A stretch of 63,416 nucleotides of DNA from Desulfobacteraceae bacterium (GTDB taxonomy: Bacteria > Desulfobacterota > DSM-4660 > Desulfatiglandales > Desulfatiglandaceae). Under the pieces are notes generated by a model. That model saw only the letters and a program-made list of their open reading frames with translations. It was not told the DNA's origin and made no database searches. The position numbers and the translations under genes were made by a program. The stretch lies in the NCBI GenBank assembly GCA_003599015.1, contig QZIK01000133.1, forward strand, positions 1-63,416. Direction: 5' to 3'. This document shows, in pieces, positions 9,440 through 17,500 of the stretch; position 1 is the stretch's first letter, and every line of letters begins with the position of its first letter.

Positions 9440-9958
9440 CTAGAAACATGCGGGGACCTTTATTCTTTGAAGGGCATCCTGCTTTGTTCTGATTAAAGGA
9501 TCATATTTCTCCTTTCTCTTGATCTTCTCAATCCTTATTTTATCTCCTTTCCACTCAACAAGGACGGTCTGGTATGGCGAGTTAAGGGCCGCGTTATCCA
9601 ATGGAAGACGGTGCAGGGTGAAATGAAAGATTTTTTTCCTGCTCCAATGGCTTGGGTAGTAAGCAAGGGGATCGAATTCAAAAAATCCATCCTTAAGAAG
9701 TCCCTCAACCACAATGTGCCTGGGCGGGGCTACAAGGGCTTTTTTAAGTCTTTTATCCAGCTTGCCCCTGTCTGATCTGCTTATGTCCTCAGCTACCACC
9801 TGCGTGGGGAATTCAGAGCCCGGAGGATCTTGCCCGAAATTTCTCCTCACAAAAGCCAGATCTTTTATAATTCTCCTGGCGTCCCAGAAATCGAGGTCGG
9901 TAAATATGTGATATGCGTATGTGGTCCTTCCAGGGTGACAGTGAATTATCCTGGCCAT
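9440..9958 (-). CDS. hypothetical protein, 172 aa, no family recognised
   Basis: Long ORF with a GGGGA RBS. Same strand as, and 4 nt upstream of, the rhodanese ORF. No signal peptide or TM helix; basic C-terminus. Confidence 0.5.
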   Translation of the reverse strand: MARIIHCHPGRTTYAYHIFTDLDFWDARRIIKDLAFVRRNFGQDPPGSEFPTQVVAEDISRSDRGKLDKRLKKALVAPPRHIVVEGLLKDGFFEFDPLAYYPSHWSRKKIFHFTLHRLPLDNAALNSPYQTVLVEWKGDKIRIEKIKRKEKYDPLIRTKQDALQRIKVPACF

Positions 9959-10140
9959 AGGTCATTCCCCTGTTAATATGCTTGTTAAAATCAGAAAATA
10001 TCTGAAACCATATAGTGAAAAATAGTGCTTTCTTTTGCCCTTGCAAGGGGCTGAAAATGCTTTGTGAACTTGGAGGGCACCTCAAATCTGTCACGGATCT
10101 GCACTGGAAGACGCATCCGTCCTTGCCCAAAACCGGTTCG

Positions 10141-10707
10141 CTATCTGCCCAAAAAACGGTCAAGCTCCCTGGGCAGGCTCCTGATTGCTTCGCGCATTCC
10201 CTTTAAGGTATTGGCAAGGCGTGTGAACATCATTGCCAATCCAATGGCCTCTCCCAAAATGATTAGAGATTCCACGTCACGCTCTGAAACCTTCCAGGGC
10301 ACCCTGTGATAAAGACGCAGAACCCCAATGACTTCTTTCATGAAAAATATAGGGATTGAAGCTATGGAAGCGATTCCTTCTTTTTTGGCTGCTTCAGGAT
10401 ATTGGAGTTTGCCTGTATCAGAGATGTCTTCGATTAAGACAGGTTCGCCCTTGAGTGTGCATCCGACGCTTTTTTCAGCCTTGATTGGTCCCTTGGACAG
10501 ATACCTTGTACTCAGGCCAAAGCTGGCAATGAACTCAAGCTCTTCCTTCTCAGGGTTAAGAACCATTACTGCGCACCCTTTTATTTGAAGAGTTGCTACG
10601 AGCAATTGAGTTAGATGATTTAGCATCATTGTGAAATTATCAGATTCAGCAACAGCTTTAGTTACAATTTTGAAAATATCAATAGTTATTTTATCATCTT
10701 TATCCAT
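10141..10707 (-). CDS. stand-alone GAF-domain protein
   Basis: 188 aa. GAF-like pattern (LTQLLVATLQIKGCAVMVLNPEKEELEFIASFGLS ... IASIPIFFMKEVIGVLRLY). GAGAGGA RBS. Confidence 0.65.
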   Translation of the reverse strand: MDKDDKITIDIFKIVTKAVAESDNFTMMLNHLTQLLVATLQIKGCAVMVLNPEKEELEFIASFGLSTRYLSKGPIKAEKSVGCTLKGEPVLIEDISDTGKLQYPEAAKKEGIASIASIPIFFMKEVIGVLRLYHRVPWKVSERDVESLIILGEAIGLAMMFTRLANTLKGMREAIRSLPRELDRFLGR

Positions 10708-10764
10708 AGCACAATCCTCTCACCATTATTTTATAATTGAGGTAGGCTCTGACATTGGTAATCT

Positions 10765-11229
10765 TTATATAATTATTACTATTTCCATATCCCTAAGGGC
10801 TGAAAGCAGCGCATCATGGATGTTGGCTGTGAAGATACGCGTTGCCTTTCCAGGCTCACGGGACATGACCACAGTTGTGTAATTGCCTTCCCGGACCGCA
10901 TCCACTATTTCTGCCGCTATGCTCTTTGTTCTTGGTCTGAAAACAGTTTTAATCTGATTCTCGTCAAACCCGTTTTCTATTAGATCATCCTTTACGGTTC
11001 TCAGATCCTGTGCCTTTTCTCTTATTTCTGTCCACATTCCGGCAAGGGTGCTCCGCAATGCGCCAAGCCTTGGGCTTGATCTGTCTATTGCAGGAAGAGG
11101 GGTGTACACGTGGAAAAGAGTAACCTCTATATTTTTTTGTCCCGCATAGGTCTTTATCACATAATGAAGCACTCTTTCGTCAAAGGCAGAAAAATTAAAA
11201 AGTACAAGTACTCTTTTGACTGTCATCAA
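10765..11229 (-). CDS. universal stress protein (UspA) family protein
   Basis: 154 aa. Usp-like beta-alpha pattern (RVLVLFNFSAFDERVLHYV ... VTLFHVY ... TTVVMSREPGK). AAGGAG RBS. Confidence 0.7.
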   Translation of the reverse strand: MMTVKRVLVLFNFSAFDERVLHYVIKTYAGQKNIEVTLFHVYTPLPAIDRSSPRLGALRSTLAGMWTEIREKAQDLRTVKDDLIENGFDENQIKTVFRPRTKSIAAEIVDAVREGNYTTVVMSREPGKATRIFTANIHDALLSALRDMEIVIII

Positions 11230-11389
11230 ACGCTCCTTTTCAGAAAAGACAGGAAATATTATGCAGCAAGGGGTTAACCGCCTTGGTTAATAGTATTAAC
11301 ATGGAAGCCGAAACCCATGTTGAGTATGCTCTTAAATTCAATGCACTTATAATATCATGATGAAGGTTTTATCAGGAAAGTCAAGAAGA

Positions 11390-11419
11390 GGGATCCGGAA
11401 AAAAAGATACCCGGATCCC
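11390..11419 (-). terminator. GC-rich hairpin downstream of the membrane-anchor gene
   Basis: GGGATCCGG pairs with CCGGATCCC (9-bp stem, 12-nt loop). It is followed on the minus strand by TCTTCTT. The U-tract is weak. Confidence 0.4.
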
Positions 11420-11433
11420 GCCGAGAAATAGGA

Positions 11434-11925
11434 TTAGTGCAGGCGAGGATTGAGCCATTTTCTTCCTGTCAGAAGAAATATTAGGGCGGTCACCATGTAA
11501 AAAATCATTAAGCCCAGATGGGCAAGGTCAATGAACATGGTGAAGGCGGGAGAAAATACCACGTCCGGAAGATTTTTAAGCACCCTGAAGATACCTGTTA
11601 TAACTATTCCTGATAAAAGGATTATCTGAACATAAGCGGCTATTGTCAGCCTTGAGGTCTTTCTTCCGCTTACCAGAAAGTCTGTTAAGGCATAGGTTAT
11701 GAGCGCCAGAAGGACAATTGCACCGATGTAATGGATGTAGTGGGTTGTGTAAAAATCAGCGCTCCAGCCCATGCCGGGTATGCTTGAGATTCCGTATCGT
11801 TTGAAAATCGGCATCTGACCGAATCCTGTGAAAGCAAGTACAATAAGAGTTGAGACATATAAACGCCTGAGAAATCTCTTTTGCTCTGGTAACTTTGTTT
11901 GGGACAATTTTTTTGCAGTGTTCAT
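11434..11925 (-). CDS. integral membrane protein, putative cytochrome b-like quinone-interacting anchor subunit
   Basis: 163 aa, 4 predicted TM helices, conserved His in helices (THYIHYIG, DLAHLG). The start overlaps the stop of the upstream FeS gene by 4 nt (ATGA). Confidence 0.55.
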   Translation of the reverse strand: MNTAKKLSQTKLPEQKRFLRRLYVSTLIVLAFTGFGQMPIFKRYGISSIPGMGWSADFYTTHYIHYIGAIVLLALITYALTDFLVSGRKTSRLTIAAYVQIILLSGIVITGIFRVLKNLPDVVFSPAFTMFIDLAHLGLMIFYMVTALIFLLTGRKWLNPRLH

Positions 11926-12893
11926 TTCATGTCCTCCTTGGTCCTTCGAGAGACATTTGCCAGCCGCAGGGCAGCTGCGGCCAACCCTGCAAAAGGTGCT
12001 ATCAACATGGCTTTGGCGAGGGTGTCTGCATGGGCCATGTAATCTTCAACCTTCTTAAGGTGGGGTTTCCCATCTCCCTTCTCGATGGCCCTGTTGAGTT
12101 CTTGAAAAGGCACGGGTGAGATATATATGGTATTAGTTCCAACATTCTCATCTGCACCGTAGATATACCCGCCTATTTTCCGTGAGATATCCATGGCCTC
12201 CTTGAGTATATCCTCTCTGGGACCGATTTTCTGGACCTTTTCAGGGCAGATCTCGATGCAGGCAGGAAGCTCACCGCGTGCGACCCTTTCATGACATCTG
12301 TCGCACTTGTACATGACACCGTTTCCGGCAAGAGAGGGCAGCAGCTTCAGGTAAAGCCCCACTCCCGTCTGGCGCTGGGGTATCTTCCAAGGGCAGACAT
12401 TTCTGCATTTGGATCCCCCGAGGCATATGTCGGGGTCAATAACACTTATGCCGTTTTCCAGCTTTCTTGCGGCTCCCCACGGGCAAAGGTCAGCACAAGG
12501 AGGGTTTTGACAATGCATGCAGCGGCGTGGAAAGGAAAATGTCTTTTTATTTCCGTCCACAGTTACTGTGGCATGTTGAATAAATAACCAATTGTAAGGG
12601 GTTAGCCTGTCTGTTACATCTCTTTTTCCGGACCAATCAGATATCTTGACGCTAGATGGATACATCCTTGGAAAGGGTTTCACGGGTTCGGGGTACTTTT
12701 TTTTGTTTACTTCCCTGCATGCCTCCACGCATGCCTCACAGCCTATGCATTTCCTTATGTCAATGAGGGTTGCAAGTTCATTTTTTCCTGCCCCCCTCAC
12801 AGTGGCCGGCAGGGCAACGGAGGCCGCTGCGGCAGCTCCCGCAGCAGCAAGTCCTGATTTAAGAAATGATCTTCTGGTCAAGCCTTTTTCCAT
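11922..12893 (-). CDS. Tat-exported 4x[4Fe-4S] ferredoxin-type subunit (HybA/DmsB/PsrB-like) with a C-terminal TM helix
   Basis: Twin-arginine signal TRRSFLKSGLAAAGAAAAASVALPA. Four Cys clusters: CIGCEACVEAC, CMHCQNPPCADLCP, CLGGSKCRNVCP, CDRCHERV..CIEICP. C-terminal hydrophobic helix. Start at 12893 with a GGGAGA RBS. Confidence 0.85.
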   Translation of the reverse strand: MEKGLTRRSFLKSGLAAAGAAAAASVALPATVRGAGKNELATLIDIRKCIGCEACVEACREVNKKKYPEPVKPFPRMYPSSVKISDWSGKRDVTDRLTPYNWLFIQHATVTVDGNKKTFSFPRRCMHCQNPPCADLCPWGAARKLENGISVIDPDICLGGSKCRNVCPWKIPQRQTGVGLYLKLLPSLAGNGVMYKCDRCHERVARGELPACIEICPEKVQKIGPREDILKEAMDISRKIGGYIYGADENVGTNTIYISPVPFQELNRAIEKGDGKPHLKKVEDYMAHADTLAKAMLIAPFAGLAAAALRLANVSRRTKEDMK

Positions 12894-13103
12894 GGTATTA
12901 TTCTCCCTGTTTTTAAGATAAAAGATTCGGTTGCCGGAAAAAGGTTTCAACCAGCTCAATCGCCTGCCCTTGAAGGAGCTGATCCCAGGGGAAGCTTTTT
13001 AAACCGTCCTCCATGCATGATGGGATCTCCTTTATAACCAAGGGCCTTAAAATCAATGTAGTCTGTTTTGTCTATCTAATCTCGTTGCCGGCTCCAATCT
13101 TGT

Positions 13104-13709
13104 TCAAGCAAAATCCGGATAAAGTTTTTTCATGCAGTCGGGGCAAATGCCATGGCTGAAATCCGCTTCTGAGTGGTTTCCTATAAAGACTTCAACCTGG
13201 GTCCAGTAGCCCCTGTCGTCACGGATCTTTTTGCAGCTGGCGCATATAGGTAGGAGACCTCTAAGGGTCTTGACGTTAGCAAGGGCATCCTTGAGTTCTT
13301 TTATAAGACGATCGCGCTCCCGTTCCGCATTGATGATTCGAACCATTGCCTGAATCCTGGCCAGGAGTTCGCGATTAGCGATGGGCCTGGTAAAATAACC
13401 GTCAGCTCCTGTCTCGAGGCCTTCTGACTGATCGTCTGATGATGTCTTCATGCCAGAAGCCATGAGTACATATGTTCCGCGCATTTCTTCGCTGTTTTTG
13501 ATTTTGCGGCATACTTCATGTCCGCTCATATCCGGCAGAACCACATCAAGCAGAACCAGGTCAAAGGTCTTTTCTGAAAGGTTGAGGAGGCACTGTTCAC
13601 CTGTTTCAGCTTTTTTAACCTCATAGCCGGCAGACTGTAAAACCCTGGCAGTTGCGAATAGGATCTCCGGATCATCGTCCACTACAAGGATGCTAATACC
13701 CTTTTCCAT
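13104..13709 (-). CDS. response regulator: receiver domain, coiled-coil linker and a C-terminal CxxC...CxxC domain
   Basis: REC motifs (ILVVDDDPE, LVLLDVVLPDMSG, MASG...K). C-terminus: LPICASCKKIRDDRGYWTQVEVFIGNHSEADFSHGICPDCMKKLYP. Confidence 0.85.
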   Translation of the reverse strand: MEKGISILVVDDDPEILFATARVLQSAGYEVKKAETGEQCLLNLSEKTFDLVLLDVVLPDMSGHEVCRKIKNSEEMRGTYVLMASGMKTSSDDQSEGLETGADGYFTRPIANRELLARIQAMVRIINAERERDRLIKELKDALANVKTLRGLLPICASCKKIRDDRGYWTQVEVFIGNHSEADFSHGICPDCMKKLYPDFA

Positions 13710-13723
13710 ATCGCTTTCCTTTT

Positions 13724-14206
13724 TTAATGTGGTTCTATGGGTACAGTCTGGCCTGTTCCTGCCCTGACTTCATCCGTCAGCTTAACAAAAATCGGGATAT
13801 GGGTGATCAGCCAGGCATAAAAAGGTTTGATCTGTATAAATGCTTCCATTGAGAGCCGTTGTTTTAGTGCCTCCATCCATGTGTCAAGGTTAGCGGGCCA
13901 GTAAATGGTATTGAATCCATGGGATCTGTATGCCCTGAAGACCCACAGGGCTGTATCCACCAGAACTTCCGGTTGAAAATGGGTCAAAAGTGATTCCATG
14001 AATAGAGAAAAATTGCGGTTGTTGTCCTCGCTCATGCGTTTTCCGTCAGATCCCACTAATTTTTCAAGATCAGGCCTTGCGTTCATCGCCTGGTTAACCT
14101 GGCTGGCCAACTCCTCCCTCTTTTGGGAAAACTCCTCCAGGCTTTGGAGCGCAGGCGGGGTCAATAGTTGTGCAGACAAAATCAGTTCTTCCCTGGTCAT
14201 TTCCAA
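13724..14206 (-). CDS. hypothetical all-helical protein, 160 aa
   Basis: Long ORF between the kinase and the regulator. Its start overlaps the kinase stop by 10 nt. No TM helix or known motif recognised. Confidence 0.55.
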   Translation of the reverse strand: MEMTREELILSAQLLTPPALQSLEEFSQKREELASQVNQAMNARPDLEKLVGSDGKRMSEDNNRNFSLFMESLLTHFQPEVLVDTALWVFRAYRSHGFNTIYWPANLDTWMEALKQRLSMEAFIQIKPFYAWLITHIPIFVKLTDEVRAGTGQTVPIEPH

Positions 14207-15333
14207 CCTCCTTTTTGAAGGTGCTTAATCGGGAGGGAAAAAGCAAAAACAGCTCCCTTTTCATTATCTTCCTCTATCCAGATCCTTCCTCCATGTGCTT
14301 CCACTATCTTTTTGGAAATGGCAAGTCCCAGTCCGGTACTTTTTACGCCCGGAGACTTTCGGGCGGTTCCCTTGGTGAAGGGCGCAAAAAGTCTATCCCT
14401 TTCAGCCGGGGCAATTCCAGGCCCGGTATCAGCCACAGATACGACAGCACATTCCTGTTTTATTGAAAGGCGTATCTCCACCCCGGAATCAGGGGGCGAA
14501 TGTTCAATGGCATTGGAAATGAGGTTGTTAAGTACCTGCTCGATCTTGACGCTGTCCATCATCAGAGCGGGAATTTTATCGTCACTAATCACGATGAGGG
14601 CTATCCCTTTTTTTTGTGCGGAGAGGCGATTCAGGTCAACGCATTTTTCCACGGGTTCCATTATGTCTGCAAAGGAAAGTCCGATTTCGAAACAACCTGA
14701 TTCTATCATTGAGATATCAAGAAAATCATCAATTACGTCTCGCATAAGGGCCGTGGAGTCGTGGATTGTCTTTAAAAAACCGAAATGTTCTTTGTTGAGC
14801 AAAGACCTGGCCTCATCCATTAGAAACTCAGCATAGTTAAGAATGGCGCTGACCGGTTTACGCAGGTCATGTGCGGCCATCCCTAGAAACTGGTTTTTGA
14901 GCCTGTTGAGATCTTCAAGCTCGTGGTTTTTTTTCTGCAGCTCTCGCGTAAGGACGCTGAGTTGATTGTTAAGCTCTATCATTTCCCTCCGCAGATGAGC
15001 TGTTTCATCAGCGTCCAAACTGCCGAATATCAGAGTATCATCCTCCAGGGGGAAAAACATGACTCTGAATGTTTCTGGAAGATTTGATTTTGTTGCTACA
15101 TGCATCAAGTGAATACTATCAGGCTTGCCTCTCAACTTTTCCAAATCAAGAGCACCTGAAAAGGACAGAATGATTTCATTCAACTCTCTCTTTTTCCAGT
15201 CTCCAGATATTCGTTCCTCTGTGAACCGGTTGACTGCAATCACCTTACCGCGAGAATCAATATGGAGAAAAAGCAGCGGCGCATTTTCGTAAATATAACT
15301 CCATGCGGTAGCTTGAAGTCCTCTGTCGGTCAT
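14197..15333 (-). CDS. PAS-domain sensor histidine kinase (cytoplasmic)
   Basis: H-box FLGMAAHDLRKPVSAI, N-box LNNLISNAIEHS, G-boxes DTGPGI and GLGLAISKKIVEAHGG. N-terminal PAS-like region. No TM helices. Confidence 0.9.
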   Translation of the reverse strand: MTDRGLQATAWSYIYENAPLLFLHIDSRGKVIAVNRFTEERISGDWKKRELNEIILSFSGALDLEKLRGKPDSIHLMHVATKSNLPETFRVMFFPLEDDTLIFGSLDADETAHLRREMIELNNQLSVLTRELQKKNHELEDLNRLKNQFLGMAAHDLRKPVSAILNYAEFLMDEARSLLNKEHFGFLKTIHDSTALMRDVIDDFLDISMIESGCFEIGLSFADIMEPVEKCVDLNRLSAQKKGIALIVISDDKIPALMMDSVKIEQVLNNLISNAIEHSPPDSGVEIRLSIKQECAVVSVADTGPGIAPAERDRLFAPFTKGTARKSPGVKSTGLGLAISKKIVEAHGGRIWIEEDNEKGAVFAFSLPIKHLQKGGWK

Positions 15334-15334
15334 A

Positions 15335-15976
15335 TTAGCCCTTCAGTCTTATCTCCTGTATAAGTTTTTCCAACGAGGGGAAATAGGTTACATTTCCAAA
15401 GGGTTTTATAACGTCTGCTTCGCCCCAGCGAAATGCCTGGCCGCCTACGATAATAGACAGGCCAGGATAGTTAGATCTTACGATTTGGATCAGCTTTCCA
15501 AGGGAGGCCATGTTGAAGTATATGCTTATAGAAAGTGCCAGCATGTCAGGTTTCTTTTCCTGGATCAATAGAAGCAGATCCTCGGCTGGTGTATTTGCAC
15601 CAAGAAACCATGCGTCCCATCCATGGCTTTCCATTATATCGGCCACCATCCTGGCGCCAACCTGGTGGTATTCGTTTACCGAACATGATACTATAACTTT
15701 TTTGTCAATTTTCGACCGACCTGAAAGGATAATGGGATATACGGCAGCCAGAAGAGTCTCTGTTATGGCGGTTGCGAGGTGCTCGACTGCTACTGATATC
15801 CTGTTCTGCTCCCACAGTTCCCCTATGCTGTATAGTGCGCGCTGAAAAACCGTGTACAGGTGCTCAGGTTTTGTCCCTTTTTCAAGGAGAAGAGAGACCG
15901 TCTCCATGCATCTGGTACGATCTCCTGCCAGAAGTCCGGAAAGATACTGCAGATAAACAGCCTCATCCACCATCAC
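15335..15976 (-). CDS. stand-alone cobalamin-binding protein (B12-binding_2 helical cap plus B12-binding Rossmann domain), CarH/AerR-like
   Basis: WEQNRISVAVEH matches the Wx9EH motif. NEYHQVG matches the ExHxxG lower-ligand motif. A downstream GG (IIVGGQ) is present. No DNA-binding domain. The stop is 1 nt from the kinase ATG. Confidence 0.8.
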   Translation of the reverse strand: MMVDEAVYLQYLSGLLAGDRTRCMETVSLLLEKGTKPEHLYTVFQRALYSIGELWEQNRISVAVEHLATAITETLLAAVYPIILSGRSKIDKKVIVSCSVNEYHQVGARMVADIMESHGWDAWFLGANTPAEDLLLLIQEKKPDMLALSISIYFNMASLGKLIQIVRSNYPGLSIIVGGQAFRWGEADVIKPFGNVTYFPSLEKLIQEIRLKG

Positions 15977-16125
15977 TCACCCCTTAAGTTGAAACTTGGC
16001 CTTAAATTGGTGCGAGAGGTCTGATCCATGATTTCAACGGATTAACAGCCTTCGCGCCCTTCAAAAATAATGGATGAAAAGCACCCCATATTGAGATGAA
16101 CGTTTTCAATAAGACAGGGCGTGCA

Positions 16126-16884
16126 TCAGAAGGCAACTCCTATTTCGAAAAAGGGTCCTCCAGCCCGTCTGTTAAGGCGCAGGCTTTTTCTGTCCATCTT
16201 CACGTCTTCATGGCGGTATCCAGCGCAGAGAAAGGCCGGACCTATAACCATATACTTTAATCTTCCCAGAAGGTCATAATAATGGTCTGCGGAGCCAAGC
16301 GATATTGCCCGTAACTCGGCTTCAATGGCAAGACGCTTGACGGGCGTAAATTGTACAGCCAAAAATACCATGGGGACAGGGGTTGTGTATTCTTTGGACT
16401 CGGACACATTGTTCTGGGTCAGGACTACATCAAGATCGACCAGCTTTATATTCAGCCCAGCATCCACGTTAAGCTTTCCCAATGTTGCTGTCTTTAGAAA
16501 GGGTATTCCATAATAAAGAGCCAGATCGTATGTATTGAGCTCCAGTTTTGAAGAAAAAGGTGCATTTTTGGAAAAGGTTCTGTCTCCGAAAACAAAGTCT
16601 TCTGCCTTGGTACCTGTTCCTTCGTTTTTTTCCCTCGTAAACATAAAGTAGATGTTGGGTATCAGCAGCGGCATATCAGCCTTGATCCTGCCGAATACCG
16701 CCGTATCGTAACCCAGTTGAAGGTCTTCTTCCAGATTGAGATCAGGACCGTTATAAGACATGTCCCCCTGCTGTTTCATGTTCCAGATTCCCAAGGCTCC
16801 TTCAATGCCTATAGCCGAGGCCTCAAGGGGCAGAAAAACTGTAAGGACCACCGTAATCATCCACAACGCTCTATAGAATTTCAT
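16126..16884 (-). CDS. outer-membrane beta-barrel protein
   Basis: Signal peptide MKFYRALWMITVVLTVFLPLEASA. Alternating amphipathic strands. C-terminal aromatic beta-signal (EIGVAF). Confidence 0.6.
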   Translation of the reverse strand: MKFYRALWMITVVLTVFLPLEASAIGIEGALGIWNMKQQGDMSYNGPDLNLEEDLQLGYDTAVFGRIKADMPLLIPNIYFMFTREKNEGTGTKAEDFVFGDRTFSKNAPFSSKLELNTYDLALYYGIPFLKTATLGKLNVDAGLNIKLVDLDVVLTQNNVSESKEYTTPVPMVFLAVQFTPVKRLAIEAELRAISLGSADHYYDLLGRLKYMVIGPAFLCAGYRHEDVKMDRKSLRLNRRAGGPFFEIGVAF

Positions 16885-17034
16885 GGATATAACCTCCTTT
16901 CATATCTCAAATCTGTAAAGGCACGCTTTCAAAGAATATCTGGGTCTGGTTTAGTCTGGGTCTTAAAAATTTAGCAAACAGGGTAGACGATGATCCATTG
17001 GAATAAGAATTTTAACCTCATTCATATAAAATAT

Positions 17035-17158
17035 TATCCTTGCCTTGAAGCGTTTTCAAGGAATAATAAGAGGATAGAGAAAGTTTTGTCCAAGACCTTA
17101 TAGAAAACCATTTTATCCTCAGAAAATCATTCGTTTTGTATAGTTAAAATAGAGGATA
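17035..17158. repeat. four copies of a TATCCT/AGGATA core in alternating orientation, plus a nested 7-bp palindrome
   Basis: TATCCT at 17035-17040, GAGGATA at 17070-17076, TATCCTC at 17114-17120, GAGGATA at 17152-17158. CCTTGAA (17043-17049) pairs with TTCAAGG (17055-17061). Located in an AT-rich intergenic region. Confidence 0.6.
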
Positions 17159-17200
17159 TTTTTGCCATGGCAAGTTCAAAAGGTCCAGGCTAAAAATGCA

Positions 17201-17230
17201 TTGACAGCAGATAAGGCCCTGGAATACTTT
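17201..17230 (+). promoter_or_regulatory. candidate sigma-70 promoter of the BASS-SDR-xsc-ackA cluster
   Basis: TTGACA (17201-17206), an 18-nt spacer, then TACTTT (17225-17230). This would give a leader of about 265 nt. Confidence 0.3.
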
Positions 17231-17500
17231 GGCGAGCGGCCGGTCATTCTTGCTTTTGATGGGTCGTGTCTGAAGGTGCATTCCTTAAGAAATCAGGTTC
17301 CGTATTCAAATATCTCTTCAGCTTGTGTGGAGAGGGCTTTCCAATGTCTACAATGTAAAACCGTTTCACGATCCGACTAAGGGGAATCTTAATGATTGGC
17401 GTGATTCAAGACGGGAGGTGATTGAGGCTGGCATTTGAAGGTGTGTGAATTCCGGCAAATGCAAGGTAGCAAAAAACTAGCCCGGATAAGGAGGGGATTC

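Noticed and set aside
17162-17380. A 72-aa ORF in the long intergenic region upstream of the BASS transporter.
   Set aside because: It has a non-ATG start, no RBS, and a composition unlike the neighbouring genes. It overlaps the predicted promoter (17201-17230) and part of the leader.
17235-17500. A possible riboswitch (TPP or other) in the ~265-nt leader of the xsc cluster.
   Set aside because: I could not find the conserved cores of the TPP (CUGAGA...ACCUGA), SAM, cobalamin or guanidine riboswitches, nor any convincing terminator/antiterminator pair. This is left as an unexplained long leader only.
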